From the NCBI GenBank assembly GCA_963676835.2, contig CAXXFF010000002.1:1312001-1376000 (forward strand): DNA of 64,000 nucleotides, read 5' to 3'. Positions within the stretch are counted from its first letter, which is position 1, and the number at the start of each line of letters is the position of its first letter. The notes beneath the pieces were generated by a model that had not been told where the DNA came from, did no database searches, and saw only the letters and a list, made by a program, of their open reading frames with translations. Positions 28,586-38,119 of the stretch are shown here, piece by piece. Made by a program: the position numbers and the translations under genes. Origin of the DNA: Marispirochaeta sp. Lineage in GTDB: Bacteria; Spirochaetota; Spirochaetia; JC444; Marispirochaetaceae.

Positions 28586-30253
28586 ATGCGAGAGTCGGGC
28601 AAAAGAAAAATCCAATTTCTCCTGATTGCTGTCCCTGCAGTTTTTATGATTGCCGCGTTGGGTGCAGTGCTTTTCCTCTTTTCACGCTACCGTTTTTTCT
28701 CCAATTTCAAGGAAGCCGTTGATTTAAGAGAGCTGGAGTGGAACCGCTTTATGTGGACCACTCAGCTTTTTATAGTAGATGAGACAGCAACCAGCAACAT
28801 CGATCGCTGGAAAATTCACAGCAGCGAGTACAGGTTAAAGGTAGAAAAATTTTTCGATTCCGGAGAAACCCGCAAGGCAGTTCACCTTACACCGGAGCTG
28901 GGAACCTGGCTGAACAGACTCAGTTCTTTTCACGACCAGATATTCATAAAGTTCAGGCGGGTTGAGGAGTCCATTCTTCAGTTCAATGCCCTGGTCGAGA
29001 GGTACCCGGAATACAAAAACCGGCGCATCAGCGATCTGATCGATGTTGATAAAACGGCGCAGGAAAACGGCGAAATTGCCTTTGGCGCATACCGGGTTTT
29101 TGATGCGGTGAATAACGGGTTAATGCTCTCTTCTCCGCCTTTTGCACAGTCTTTTGACTTTATCGCTAATATTCTTGAGGAAAAGATGTCCGGGTATTCC
29201 CATCTTTTTCTGGGGGCCCTGCTTCTTCTTCTATTGTTTGCGGTGATGCTTAATATAGAGGTTATCTATTTCCGCGGCGGTCAGATCCGGGCGGAACTGT
29301 CTGCCCGCCGTGCCTCTGAAGAGGCGGCTCTGCGGATGAAGCAGGAACTTGAGTACCGGGTCGAGGAGCGCACCGCAGAGCTGCAGGATGCCCTGGATGA
29401 GTATACCCGTATAAATACGCAGCTGACTACCACCAATAACCGCCTGGAAGATGCCATGCACACCATCAATGAGGCGCAGGATCTTATGGTGGAACAGGAA
29501 AAGCAGGCGGCTCTGGGGCGGCTGGTGGCAGGGCTTGCCCACGATGTTAACACCCCCCTGGGGGTAAGTCTAACGGCGGCTACCTTCTTCAAGAACCGGC
29601 TTGAAAATATGCTGGCTTCCGGCTCGGCCGAATCTGAGGCGGCTCGAAATGAGGTGAAGGGCTTGCAGGATTCAGCTGATCTGCTTATTCGCAATATCCG
29701 GAAAACAGCGGATATTGTCCGCTATTTCAAACAGCTTTCCCTGGACCAGCAGGGAATTCTGAACCGCCGCCAGTTTGATCTGATGGAGTATCTTTCCTCT
29801 CTTGGAAAAACCCTTGCGGCACAGATAAAAGAGCAGCGGTGTCTCCTTAACTATGAACTTGCAGATTCATTTATTCTGGACAGCTATCCCGGTGCCTTCA
29901 GCTATGCTGTTTCCAACCTGATAACCAATGCGGCTCAACACGCCTACAGCGGCAAGGTTGTCAATGGACAGATAGACCTGGAATTTGAACTGAGAAAGGA
30001 AAAGGATATTTACATCCGCTGCAGGGATCATGGCGATGGAATCCCTCCGGAACTGCTGAAAACAATTTTCGATCCCTTTTTTACCACCCGGAGAAGCTAC
30101 GGTTCAAGCGGTTTGGGGCTTTCAATAGCCTACAATTATGTTACACAGGTATTGAAAGGCGATCTGACCTGTACCAGTGTAATTGGAGAGGGTACCGTTT
30201 TTACTATCCATGTTCCGGTGGAAAAGGATGAAAACAGCTATAGAACCCTTTAA
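28586..30253 (+). CDS. Membrane sensor histidine kinase
   Basis: Two TMs, H-box AHDVNTPLG, NAAQHA, DHGDGI, FDPFFTT, GSSGLGL. Confidence 0.9.
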   Translation: MRESGKRKIQFLLIAVPAVFMIAALGAVLFLFSRYRFFSNFKEAVDLRELEWNRFMWTTQLFIVDETATSNIDRWKIHSSEYRLKVEKFFDSGETRKAVHLTPELGTWLNRLSSFHDQIFIKFRRVEESILQFNALVERYPEYKNRRISDLIDVDKTAQENGEIAFGAYRVFDAVNNGLMLSSPPFAQSFDFIANILEEKMSGYSHLFLGALLLLLLFAVMLNIEVIYFRGGQIRAELSARRASEEAALRMKQELEYRVEERTAELQDALDEYTRINTQLTTTNNRLEDAMHTINEAQDLMVEQEKQAALGRLVAGLAHDVNTPLGVSLTAATFFKNRLENMLASGSAESEAARNEVKGLQDSADLLIRNIRKTADIVRYFKQLSLDQQGILNRRQFDLMEYLSSLGKTLAAQIKEQRCLLNYELADSFILDSYPGAFSYAVSNLITNAAQHAYSGKVVNGQIDLEFELRKEKDIYIRCRDHGDGIPPELLKTIFDPFFTTRRSYGSSGLGLSIAYNYVTQVLKGDLTCTSVIGEGTVFTIHVPVEKDENSYRTL

Positions 30254-30344
30254 GCTGTTTATTCCTTAACCTGCTTCCATAACTCTCAATGAATGTACCA
30301 AACCCGCCGAATTTCTAGATATCTTACTAACTTTTCAGGAGGAT

Positions 30345-30857
30345 ATGATGAAACGCATTGCTGCAGCCTGTGCCATATTGCTGGCATCCTCATTACTCTT
30401 TGCAGGTCCGTCTTTTACTGCTGCCCTGGGGGGCGATTTTTTTAACTACGAAAAGAGTTTTCTCGATATCAGCGGAGCATATATCGTGCCCCTGCAGGAT
30501 GATCTTGAATTGAACATTGGTGCCGGCTTTGGAATTTCCACAGAAGAGAACAATGGTGAAACCGAGGCTCTTTTTTACATTCCCATGGATCTGGGCCTGA
30601 ACTTTATTTTTCCCGGAAAGGGCAATATCAGCTACCTTGTGGGTGCAGGGGTCACTCCCCAGTTTGTAATTACCGATGAGCGGAAAATGTATATAGGGCC
30701 CTCAATCAAGGGCGGGGTGAGGATACGTACTCATGAATATATGCAGTGGATTCTTGAACTGCAGCAGGATCTGCTCATCGGACCGCCGGACTGGATTAAT
30801 ACAGCAACCCGCTTTCGCACAGGGATGCAGTTCTCCTTCGGCAGTCTGACCCCTTAA
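30345..30857 (+). CDS. Hypothetical exported protein, probable small outer-membrane beta-barrel
   Basis: Signal peptide ending LFA; alternating hydrophobic/Gly strands; AGGAGG RBS. Confidence 0.6.
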   Translation: MMKRIAAACAILLASSLLFAGPSFTAALGGDFFNYEKSFLDISGAYIVPLQDDLELNIGAGFGISTEENNGETEALFYIPMDLGLNFIFPGKGNISYLVGAGVTPQFVITDERKMYIGPSIKGGVRIRTHEYMQWILELQQDLLIGPPDWINTATRFRTGMQFSFGSLTP

Positions 30858-30862
30858 AACTG

Positions 30863-32143
30863 TTAGAGGACCTCTTCCATTACATAAAAGTAGCTGTTGT
30901 CGGTTCCGAATATAAGCCACTTTCCGGCTATTACCGGAGCCGACAGAATATCTCCATCGGTCTCATATTCCCACAGTACAGATCCATCCTTTGCATTCAT
31001 ACATACCAGCAGGGACGGGTATTCCTTCTCAATGCCCGGGCTGTCCAGAGATCCTCTCAGGCCCAGGTAGAGCCGGTTGCCCGCAACGATGGGTGCCGAC
31101 GATGCGGGCTGCAGGAACTCCCTTCTCCAGGCATCGTCGCCGTTTTTCGCATTAAAGGCACGTATTACATTATCCCCGGAGGTGTAGATTACAAGGTTTT
31201 TCCAGAGGGAAGGGGCCATGTAATCCAGCAGTTCCAGGGAATCCCAGAAAAGATCGTAATGATCAATATCCAGCCAGCGCGGCAGCAGGGCTTCCTCTTC
31301 CCGTATCCAGCGGGTTTCTCCTGTTTCCGCATCCAGTCCGTAATAGGTTAAAAGCCAGCCGTCGGAAAAAAGCTGGCTTGTTCCGTAGTGCAGGGTATCT
31401 CCTTTTTTCCCGGGGAAAGAGTACCATGTGGGGGCGCTCTCCCGGGTATCCACAAACCAGAGGTACTGCCTCTGCCGTATATCATAGGCTCCGAAGCTGT
31501 GGGGGTTATCTTCCGGTCCCGGAGCGAAGTACATTACGTGGTCCTGAATCTGAAAGCTGTGGTAGAGCCATACGGGGTTGGGGATCTGGTGCTGCAGTTG
31601 TCCGTCAGCGGTGAAAAAGTAGCTGGCCCCCACATCTGAGGTAAAGACGATGCCGTCTTCGTAGCCGATGACTGTTGAGTTGACCGGGCTTCCGGTGTCA
31701 AAGTCCCAGCGTTTACTGCCTGTTTCCCGGTCAACGGCATACAAAAAACCGTCGGAAGATCCGAAATAGACGGTTTCTGCATCTGCATAGGGGAGGCTGT
31801 TGATTGGGCTCAAGGTCTTGAAGACCCAGCGCATATAGCCGGATTCCACATCCAGGGCATAGAAGTTGCCGTCATTTGAGCCGAAGTAGATGGTATCGTC
31901 CACTACCACAGGAGGATTAAAGGTCCGTTTTTCTCCGGGCTCATCCTGAAGCTTGAGTTTCCACTTTACCGCCAGGGGAGGGGTAATGCTCTCGTCGGTA
32001 TACCCCATACTTTTGGTCCCTCGAAACATTACCCAGTGGGCGTTCTGGCTGCAGCCTGTCAGAGTTAAAAAGACAAACAGAAACGACAGTAAGTATAGGG
32101 GAAAAATGGAAACGGGGATGAGTCTCCGGACTGACATTTTCAT
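30863..32143 (-). CDS. PQQ-like beta-propeller repeat lipoprotein (BamB-like repeats)
   Basis: LTG-C lipobox; repeats YFGSNDGNFYALDVESG..RW and YFGSSDGFLYAVDRETG..RW. Confidence 0.85.
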   Translation of the reverse strand: MKMSVRRLIPVSIFPLYLLSFLFVFLTLTGCSQNAHWVMFRGTKSMGYTDESITPPLAVKWKLKLQDEPGEKRTFNPPVVVDDTIYFGSNDGNFYALDVESGYMRWVFKTLSPINSLPYADAETVYFGSSDGFLYAVDRETGSKRWDFDTGSPVNSTVIGYEDGIVFTSDVGASYFFTADGQLQHQIPNPVWLYHSFQIQDHVMYFAPGPEDNPHSFGAYDIRQRQYLWFVDTRESAPTWYSFPGKKGDTLHYGTSQLFSDGWLLTYYGLDAETGETRWIREEEALLPRWLDIDHYDLFWDSLELLDYMAPSLWKNLVIYTSGDNVIRAFNAKNGDDAWRREFLQPASSAPIVAGNRLYLGLRGSLDSPGIEKEYPSLLVCMNAKDGSVLWEYETDGDILSAPVIAGKWLIFGTDNSYFYVMEEVL

Positions 32144-34323
32144 AAACTGCGTATCCCCTTCAATGTAAACATCCGTTTTATGGCGCCGCCTATTCCCCGG
32201 CGCCGGTTTGCTCTTGCCACCCGGTAAAGCTCTTCTATCAGTTGATTTTTCATATACCGGCGGGAATCATCGTCCAGCCGTTCCCGAAACCTCAGTTCCT
32301 GATACAGCCGGGCAAACTCTGCAAGTTCCGGAACGGTGGCTGTATATTCTCCGGGAGTTTCACTCTTTCTTTTTAAACGGACACCCTCGTTGGCCAGCAG
32401 TATGACCAGAAGCTTTTCTGCCGCCAGCAAGCCTTCCCTGCCGTCCCTCAAGCTAATCCGGCGCAGGTACAGTTCCCGGCCGTACCTGTATGAATAGATA
32501 CCGACTATAAGCAGCAGTATCAGCATCAGTGCTGTTTGACCAAGCAACCTCCAGGGTACCGCAAATTCACGGCCCTTTATGGTGCGGTCTTCAATGAGGG
32601 GTATCACCACATCCTGGGAATTCGGGTCGCCCCCTGCTTCGGGGGGAATGGCAAACTGGGTGGTTTCAAAATCTATCCAGCCATAATCGGGCAGATAAAA
32701 CTGGGTCCACGAGTGGCGGTGGGCACTGGTTACCAGGAACAGCTCTTCAAGGTCGAACTGCTGCAGCAGGGGAATGTTCTGCTGCAGATGATAGAGCCCC
32801 TGCAGGTGGGAAAAGGTCTGCAGCCCTTCCGATGCCAGATATCCTGTAACAACCCTGCTGGGAATCCCTGCCATTCTGCCCAGGATTGCCGCAGTGTTGG
32901 AGAATTCTGTGCAGTCACCGCTGCGGCTGATATCGAGAAAGTAGCCCATGGCATCAACCGAAACATCCTCTTCAAAACCGATCTCATATTGATACTCCGA
33001 GAATCCTCTGAGAATCTGAATAATCTTCTCTCCGGGACCCATATCGGGCTGAAGCACAGCATCGAGATAGGCCTGAAAAGGGGCTGCAGCTGTATCGTCC
33101 AGAGTAATTGACAGGTAGTCGGATAAATCCCTTTTCTCTCCCGGGCTGTAATCCCGTGCGTTAAACCATTCATAAGGATCCGCGGCGGATACAGCGGAGA
33201 TGCTTGGATACGAATAGGTAAAAGGAAAAACAGAACGGTCATAGATGGTGGGTTCTGCCGAGAGGGGCAGATAGGCCATCAGTCTGTCTGCAATGGTGGA
33301 AAGGACAAAAATGTCCGTACTGTAGCGTTCCTCATCCCAGGGAATATCAGAATTGTTCCATGTTTCAAGCAGCCTGCGGGAGACGATTCTGTTCAGGGGA
33401 AAGTCCTGTTCCATCTGGAATCCCCGGACAGAGTCAAAATGGCTGTAGTACCCTTCAGCCAGATAGGTTTCTGAAAGCGGAGAAGCCACCACGAGAACAG
33501 CGTACTGATTGCCCCCTTTCCCGTCACCTTCACCGTCTCTTCCGGCTTCTCCCCATTGGTCCGCTGGAAGCCCGTAGAGTCCGGGCTCTCCATTCTGCAT
33601 CCTGCGTCGGCCAAGTTCAGTCTCGCCCTGCATCCCGCCTCCGGGGGAGCCGTTTCCGTCCAGGGGTTTCGGTTCCGGCCGGGGAGGTTCGAAGAGCTGG
33701 TTGAACACAATGTTATGGCTGATAAAATCGGGAGGGACAAAAATTATGGCTGCGATAATGAGGGGAATACCCGCTCCAGCCAGGAGCAGGATTTCTTTTA
33801 CTTCGCCTTTTCTTTTTTTCTTGCTTGTCCGGGGCGATCGTACAGCCCGCATGGTTACCAGAAAATGTCCGGCCAGGGCTGCAATTCCGATAAACATCAG
33901 GCTTTGCGGGAGTCCACCGGCAGATAGTTCCGGGGAAATCCCCCGGGTAAAGTTGATCAGTCTCAGATACACTGCGGCAAGATAGAGAATTTCCGGCACC
34001 GCCGACCAGCGCCAGCGGAATCGGAATATAAATACCGTGGAGAGAAAGCTCCACACCCCGGCGGCGGTAAATATCAGCAGGTCGCCGGAGCCTGCGAAGA
34101 TCAGGGCCATTCCTGCCTGAATAATTGCCGCAACAATTAAAGCCCGCTTCCAGGAGCGTCCTTTACGGGTCAGAAAAAAGGCGGTCAGGGCCTGAGCCGG
34201 AATAAGCAGAAAATAGAGGCCCAGACCATATATGTCATAATTGATCACAACGCCGGGGTGATACCACGGGAGTCCCATGGCGGTCAGAAAAAGAATCAGC
34301 CGGAGTATGAGGCTCAGTATCAT
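32140..34323 (-). CDS. Membrane-anchored transglutaminase-like protein
   Basis: N-terminal TMs; GDCTEFS, GIPSRVVTGY, HSWTQFY, WIDFE. Confidence 0.85.
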   Translation of the reverse strand: MILSLILRLILFLTAMGLPWYHPGVVINYDIYGLGLYFLLIPAQALTAFFLTRKGRSWKRALIVAAIIQAGMALIFAGSGDLLIFTAAGVWSFLSTVFIFRFRWRWSAVPEILYLAAVYLRLINFTRGISPELSAGGLPQSLMFIGIAALAGHFLVTMRAVRSPRTSKKKRKGEVKEILLLAGAGIPLIIAAIIFVPPDFISHNIVFNQLFEPPRPEPKPLDGNGSPGGGMQGETELGRRRMQNGEPGLYGLPADQWGEAGRDGEGDGKGGNQYAVLVVASPLSETYLAEGYYSHFDSVRGFQMEQDFPLNRIVSRRLLETWNNSDIPWDEERYSTDIFVLSTIADRLMAYLPLSAEPTIYDRSVFPFTYSYPSISAVSAADPYEWFNARDYSPGEKRDLSDYLSITLDDTAAAPFQAYLDAVLQPDMGPGEKIIQILRGFSEYQYEIGFEEDVSVDAMGYFLDISRSGDCTEFSNTAAILGRMAGIPSRVVTGYLASEGLQTFSHLQGLYHLQQNIPLLQQFDLEELFLVTSAHRHSWTQFYLPDYGWIDFETTQFAIPPEAGGDPNSQDVVIPLIEDRTIKGREFAVPWRLLGQTALMLILLLIVGIYSYRYGRELYLRRISLRDGREGLLAAEKLLVILLANEGVRLKRKSETPGEYTATVPELAEFARLYQELRFRERLDDDSRRYMKNQLIEELYRVARANRRRGIGGAIKRMFTLKGIRSL

Positions 34324-35606
34324 TCTGCTCCTCCTTCAAAAATCCGGACAGCCAGGATCTGGTTGTTTTTCCCCCGGGAAAGTTTTCTTTTCAGGCCGGA
34401 ATGTTTCCGGAAGGTGTTTAACAGCAGGCTGATCGACGGCCGGTCCTCGCCTTTAAAGCAGGGGTAGAGGCTCCATCCAAGTGTCCCGTCGGCCTTGGTT
34501 TCACTCTTGCCTGCGAGAGATGCGGAATGGAGGATAAACTCCGTTTTCGGGAATGCCTGATACAACCGGGAAAGCCCTTTATCCGGCGGCAGGGCAAACA
34601 GATATACCCGGCCTTCCGGAGGAAGTTCCGGTATTCGTGAACCCGGTTTGCTGAACCAGGTGTCTCCCAGGGTGATGGAAAAGTTTTCTATATCCTGTTC
34701 ATTTTCAAGAATATGCAGATCCGTATTGAGATTTACTTCTATCCTGAAATCAGGATGATGTTCGGTAATGCTGAGAATAAAGCTCATAACAGAAGATTTA
34801 AGATACTCTGATAGAACCAGAAGGAAAGGATCCGCCTGGGTCTGGTCCGAGTATAAACGGATACAGAGACTTATGGTTACCGTCTCTTCCTGTGCCATGG
34901 GGGAGATCCTGGTGTACAGTTTTCCGCCTCTTCCGGAAGATTTCCAGTTGATATCCCTGAAGCGGTCGCCGGGGACATATTCCCGCATATAATAGCGTTC
35001 CACGTCGCTCTCTTTCATTCGGTCTTTCTCTTCGGATCCCCGTTCGGCCACCCGGTATTTCAGGGGCTGGTTAATGATCCCCGGCTGTACCGGGAGGCTG
35101 CGTGTCTGTACTGAGCCGGAGCGGCTCCGGGTCAGGCCGAAGATATCTTCAACGGTAAAGGTCACTGAAGCATGAAAGGTGCCGCACTGGGGTAATGCCA
35201 GAGGAAATAGTTCTTCTTCTCCCGGCTTGATTCGAAGAGTCTGAAAGTGGCGGGAAAGTATGGTACTGCCCTGGACGAGGGGGCCTGTAAGGGTTGCCCT
35301 GAGTCGGAAGAATGGAAGAAGCCTGACTGATGCAGTCTCAAGGCTGTGGGGTGCTGCACCTTTGCCGGCAAATAGACGATGCCTGGTGTGCCAGACCAGC
35401 TGGTCGTCATCTATCCGGGATGCCTGGATTTTTGCGGCTGCTGAAAAAAGGGTAATAAGTCCCAGACCGGATATGGAAATCAGATAGCCGTAGGGGTTGC
35501 CTGTGGCGAAAGAACTCCCCAGAACAAGGAAAAGGCCTGCTGCTGCCGGAACGCCAAGTATGGTCAGGGGAAAATAGCGGGAATACAGTTCGGCTGCTCT
35601 ATTCAT
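34320..35606 (-). CDS. DUF58 domain protein
   Basis: EDIFGL, MREYVPGDRFRDINWKSS; located between MoxR and the transglutaminase. Confidence 0.87.
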   Translation of the reverse strand: MNRAAELYSRYFPLTILGVPAAAGLFLVLGSSFATGNPYGYLISISGLGLITLFSAAAKIQASRIDDDQLVWHTRHRLFAGKGAAPHSLETASVRLLPFFRLRATLTGPLVQGSTILSRHFQTLRIKPGEEELFPLALPQCGTFHASVTFTVEDIFGLTRSRSGSVQTRSLPVQPGIINQPLKYRVAERGSEEKDRMKESDVERYYMREYVPGDRFRDINWKSSGRGGKLYTRISPMAQEETVTISLCIRLYSDQTQADPFLLVLSEYLKSSVMSFILSITEHHPDFRIEVNLNTDLHILENEQDIENFSITLGDTWFSKPGSRIPELPPEGRVYLFALPPDKGLSRLYQAFPKTEFILHSASLAGKSETKADGTLGWSLYPCFKGEDRPSISLLLNTFRKHSGLKRKLSRGKNNQILAVRIFEGGAE

Positions 35607-35621
35607 AAAACAGCTCCGGAG

Positions 35622-36641
35622 CTAAAACGCTGCCTTCCGGCCGGGTGCGACCGGTGTTGCCTTGAGAATCTCCCTGAGCACTGTATCTCTGGGGCGGTCC
35701 GGATCGTGAAGGGTTATTCTGTGGGCCAGAGCAGTGGTAAACAGCTCTTTAACCGTATCCTGGGAGACAAAATCCTGTCCCCGGAGCAGGCTTAAGGCCC
35801 GGGCAAGCCGGGAAAGCTTAACCCCGGTACGGGGCGAGGCCGGGGTGGAAATTTCCGGATGTACCCGGGTTGCCCGGATCAGTCGTACTATATATTCCGC
35901 AATGTCGCTGTGAACGCTTATTTCGTCCACCATTGCCTGCCAGTGAAGCAGCTGTCCGGAGGGTGTTACGGGTTTGAAGTTCTTCCAGCCGTCGGTTCTT
36001 CCGTGTTGCTGGAGAATTGATATTTCATCCTCCTCGCTGGGAAAGCCCAGGGAGAGCTGGATCATAAAACGGTCCAGCTGGGGAGCCGGAAGGGGAAAAA
36101 GGTGGGCACCTTTGAGGTTCATAGTGGCGATTATGAAAAACGGGGAAGGAAGGGTGTAGGTTCTGCCTTCAACTGAGACCATCTGCTCTTCCATTGCCTG
36201 AAAGAAAGACCCTTGGGTTTTCGGTGTAAGCAGATTTATTTCGTCGCAGAGAACAAAATGGGCAAATATGGGGCCCTTGTTAAAAGTCAGTTCGTTCTCT
36301 TTGCCGCTGATTCTGGTATAGCCGATAATATCCTGGGGCAGAAGATCAACGGTAGACTGGATTCTCGAAAAGGGGTCCATGGCAATTGCGCCGGAGGATA
36401 CGTTCTCTTCTTCCCATATAATGGAGCCTGCCAGGGCCCGGGCCAGGGATGTTTTTCCCACTCCATGGGAGTCGGCCAGTATTACATGTCCACCTGCGAT
36501 TTTTGCTGCCAGCAGGTATTCAAGTTTTATACGGTCCATGAAGATGACGGAGCGGATATTCTCAAAAAGAGCTTCAATCTCTTCGGGAACTGCCTGGATT
36601 GACGCTGCAGGGGAGGAAGTTGAAACTTCTGAACTCATCAC
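35622..36641 (-). CDS. MoxR-family AAA+ ATPase
   Basis: GHVIL..GVGKT, RIQSTVDLLPQDIIG, DEIN, FPLPAPQLDRF, ASPR. Confidence 0.92.
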   Translation of the reverse strand: MMSSEVSTSSPAASIQAVPEEIEALFENIRSVIFMDRIKLEYLLAAKIAGGHVILADSHGVGKTSLARALAGSIIWEEENVSSGAIAMDPFSRIQSTVDLLPQDIIGYTRISGKENELTFNKGPIFAHFVLCDEINLLTPKTQGSFFQAMEEQMVSVEGRTYTLPSPFFIIATMNLKGAHLFPLPAPQLDRFMIQLSLGFPSEEDEISILQQHGRTDGWKNFKPVTPSGQLLHWQAMVDEISVHSDIAEYIVRLIRATRVHPEISTPASPRTGVKLSRLARALSLLRGQDFVSQDTVKELFTTALAHRITLHDPDRPRDTVLREILKATPVAPGRKAAF

Positions 36642-36774
36642 ATTTCCTGTTTTCCGCAGTCATAAGCCGCGGTTATTTTTCCTTCGTTTATGCTGGTTAA
36701 TGTACACAGACGGAGACGAAAAAGAAAGGGTCCGTACCCTTTTGGCGTTCTATCTGTAGCTCTACATCTGCATT

Positions 36775-37359
36775 TCAGGAGAGCTTTCGGAGCCTCTTTA
36801 TAAAGAAGAGGGGGTCATCCTTGACGGACTTTTCCAGCTTGTCGAAGGATTCCTTGTCTTCCGAGGCTGCCCCGGAAAGTACCAGAGTATTCTGTCGCCA
36901 GCGGAACCAGAGGTAATGCTTCTGGGTAATATTGCGTATTTTTGCCTGGTAACATCTCTGCTCAAGATACCTGTCCAGCTCTATATGGTTTTCCGTGCCC
37001 GTAAGATAATAGAGGTTATCCTGAGTTATATACATAACCATGCGCTTGAATCCTTCTGCAATAGCATCGTCATGACGGAATCCTTCTGTTTTTAACTGAA
37101 ACGCCCCCAGCCTGACGTCATAACCCATCTTTCTTAATGTGCCGCGAAACTCGATGATCTCTTTGCGGACCTGATCCACAACATTGGGATCCCGGCGGGA
37201 TGTTTCCAGCTGTCTGCGCCATTTTCTTAAAGTGTTTTCGTAGCGGTGAAATACCTTGGTGGAGGAGAGAAAGATTGTTGTGTCTGAAAGCAGCCGCCAT
37301 GCAGATGAGAACCTTTCAGCAAGGCTGTTCATCAACTGGTCGACTTTTTTTCTTGCCAT
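36775..37359 (-). CDS. Hypothetical basic protein
   Basis: Uninterrupted ORF filling the gap, RBS-like GAAGGTGG before ATG 37359; no motif recognised. Confidence 0.65.
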   Translation of the reverse strand: MARKKVDQLMNSLAERFSSAWRLLSDTTIFLSSTKVFHRYENTLRKWRRQLETSRRDPNVVDQVRKEIIEFRGTLRKMGYDVRLGAFQLKTEGFRHDDAIAEGFKRMVMYITQDNLYYLTGTENHIELDRYLEQRCYQAKIRNITQKHYLWFRWRQNTLVLSGAASEDKESFDKLEKSVKDDPLFFIKRLRKLS

Positions 37360-37387
37360 GTACCACCTTCTACCCCATAGTATACAC

Positions 37388-38113
37388 ATGCGGCTCCTTG
37401 TTATCTCTGATATTCATGCAAATTTCACGGCCTTACAGGCAGTTTTGGCCGATTCTGCAGGAAAGTGGGATGAGGTTATCTGTCTCGGTGACATTGTCGG
37501 TTACGGCCCCCGGCCGAATGAGTGTATTGAGACCATTGTATCTCTGCCTTCGCTTGCTGTCCCGGGAAATCATGACTGGGCAGCAATTGGCAGAATTGAT
37601 CTTGATTTTTTTAATCCCCATGCCCGGCAGGCCGTGGAGTGGACCCGGGATCAGCTTTCCTCTGAAAGTCATGCATGGATCTCTTCGCTGCGGCCTATGG
37701 TCATTACCGGTGATATTACCCTGTTTCATGGTTCTCCGGTTGAACCGGTAACCGACTATATTCTTAACATTGTAGATGCCTATGGAGCTTTTGATCTTCT
37801 GGAAACATCCATAGGGCTCTTCGGTCACAGCCATATTGATGCAGCTTTCCGCCGCGCTAAAGCGGGCTCCATCCGCAGCATCTCCTCCAGGAAAAAGTTC
37901 AGAATGAACCGTGACTGCGGATATCTGCTTAACCCTGGAAGTGTGGGGCAGCCCAGATCCGGTGACCCCAGAGCGGCATATGCAATTTTTGACACCGAAA
38001 AGCTGAAATGGGATCCCTTCCGGGTCTCTTATGATATCAAGAATGTACAGAAAAGGATGCATGATCGGGGGCTTCCCGATTATCTTATACAACGCCTTGC
38101 TGTCGGCCGTTGA
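37388..38113 (+). CDS. Metallophosphoesterase (YfcE/MJ0912-like)
   Basis: SDIHAN, LGDIVGYG, GNHD, FHGSP, GHSH, NPGSVGQPR. Confidence 0.92.
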   Translation: MRLLVISDIHANFTALQAVLADSAGKWDEVICLGDIVGYGPRPNECIETIVSLPSLAVPGNHDWAAIGRIDLDFFNPHARQAVEWTRDQLSSESHAWISSLRPMVITGDITLFHGSPVEPVTDYILNIVDAYGAFDLLETSIGLFGHSHIDAAFRRAKAGSIRSISSRKKFRMNRDCGYLLNPGSVGQPRSGDPRAAYAIFDTEKLKWDPFRVSYDIKNVQKRMHDRGLPDYLIQRLAVGR

Positions 38114-38119
38114 CCCGGC

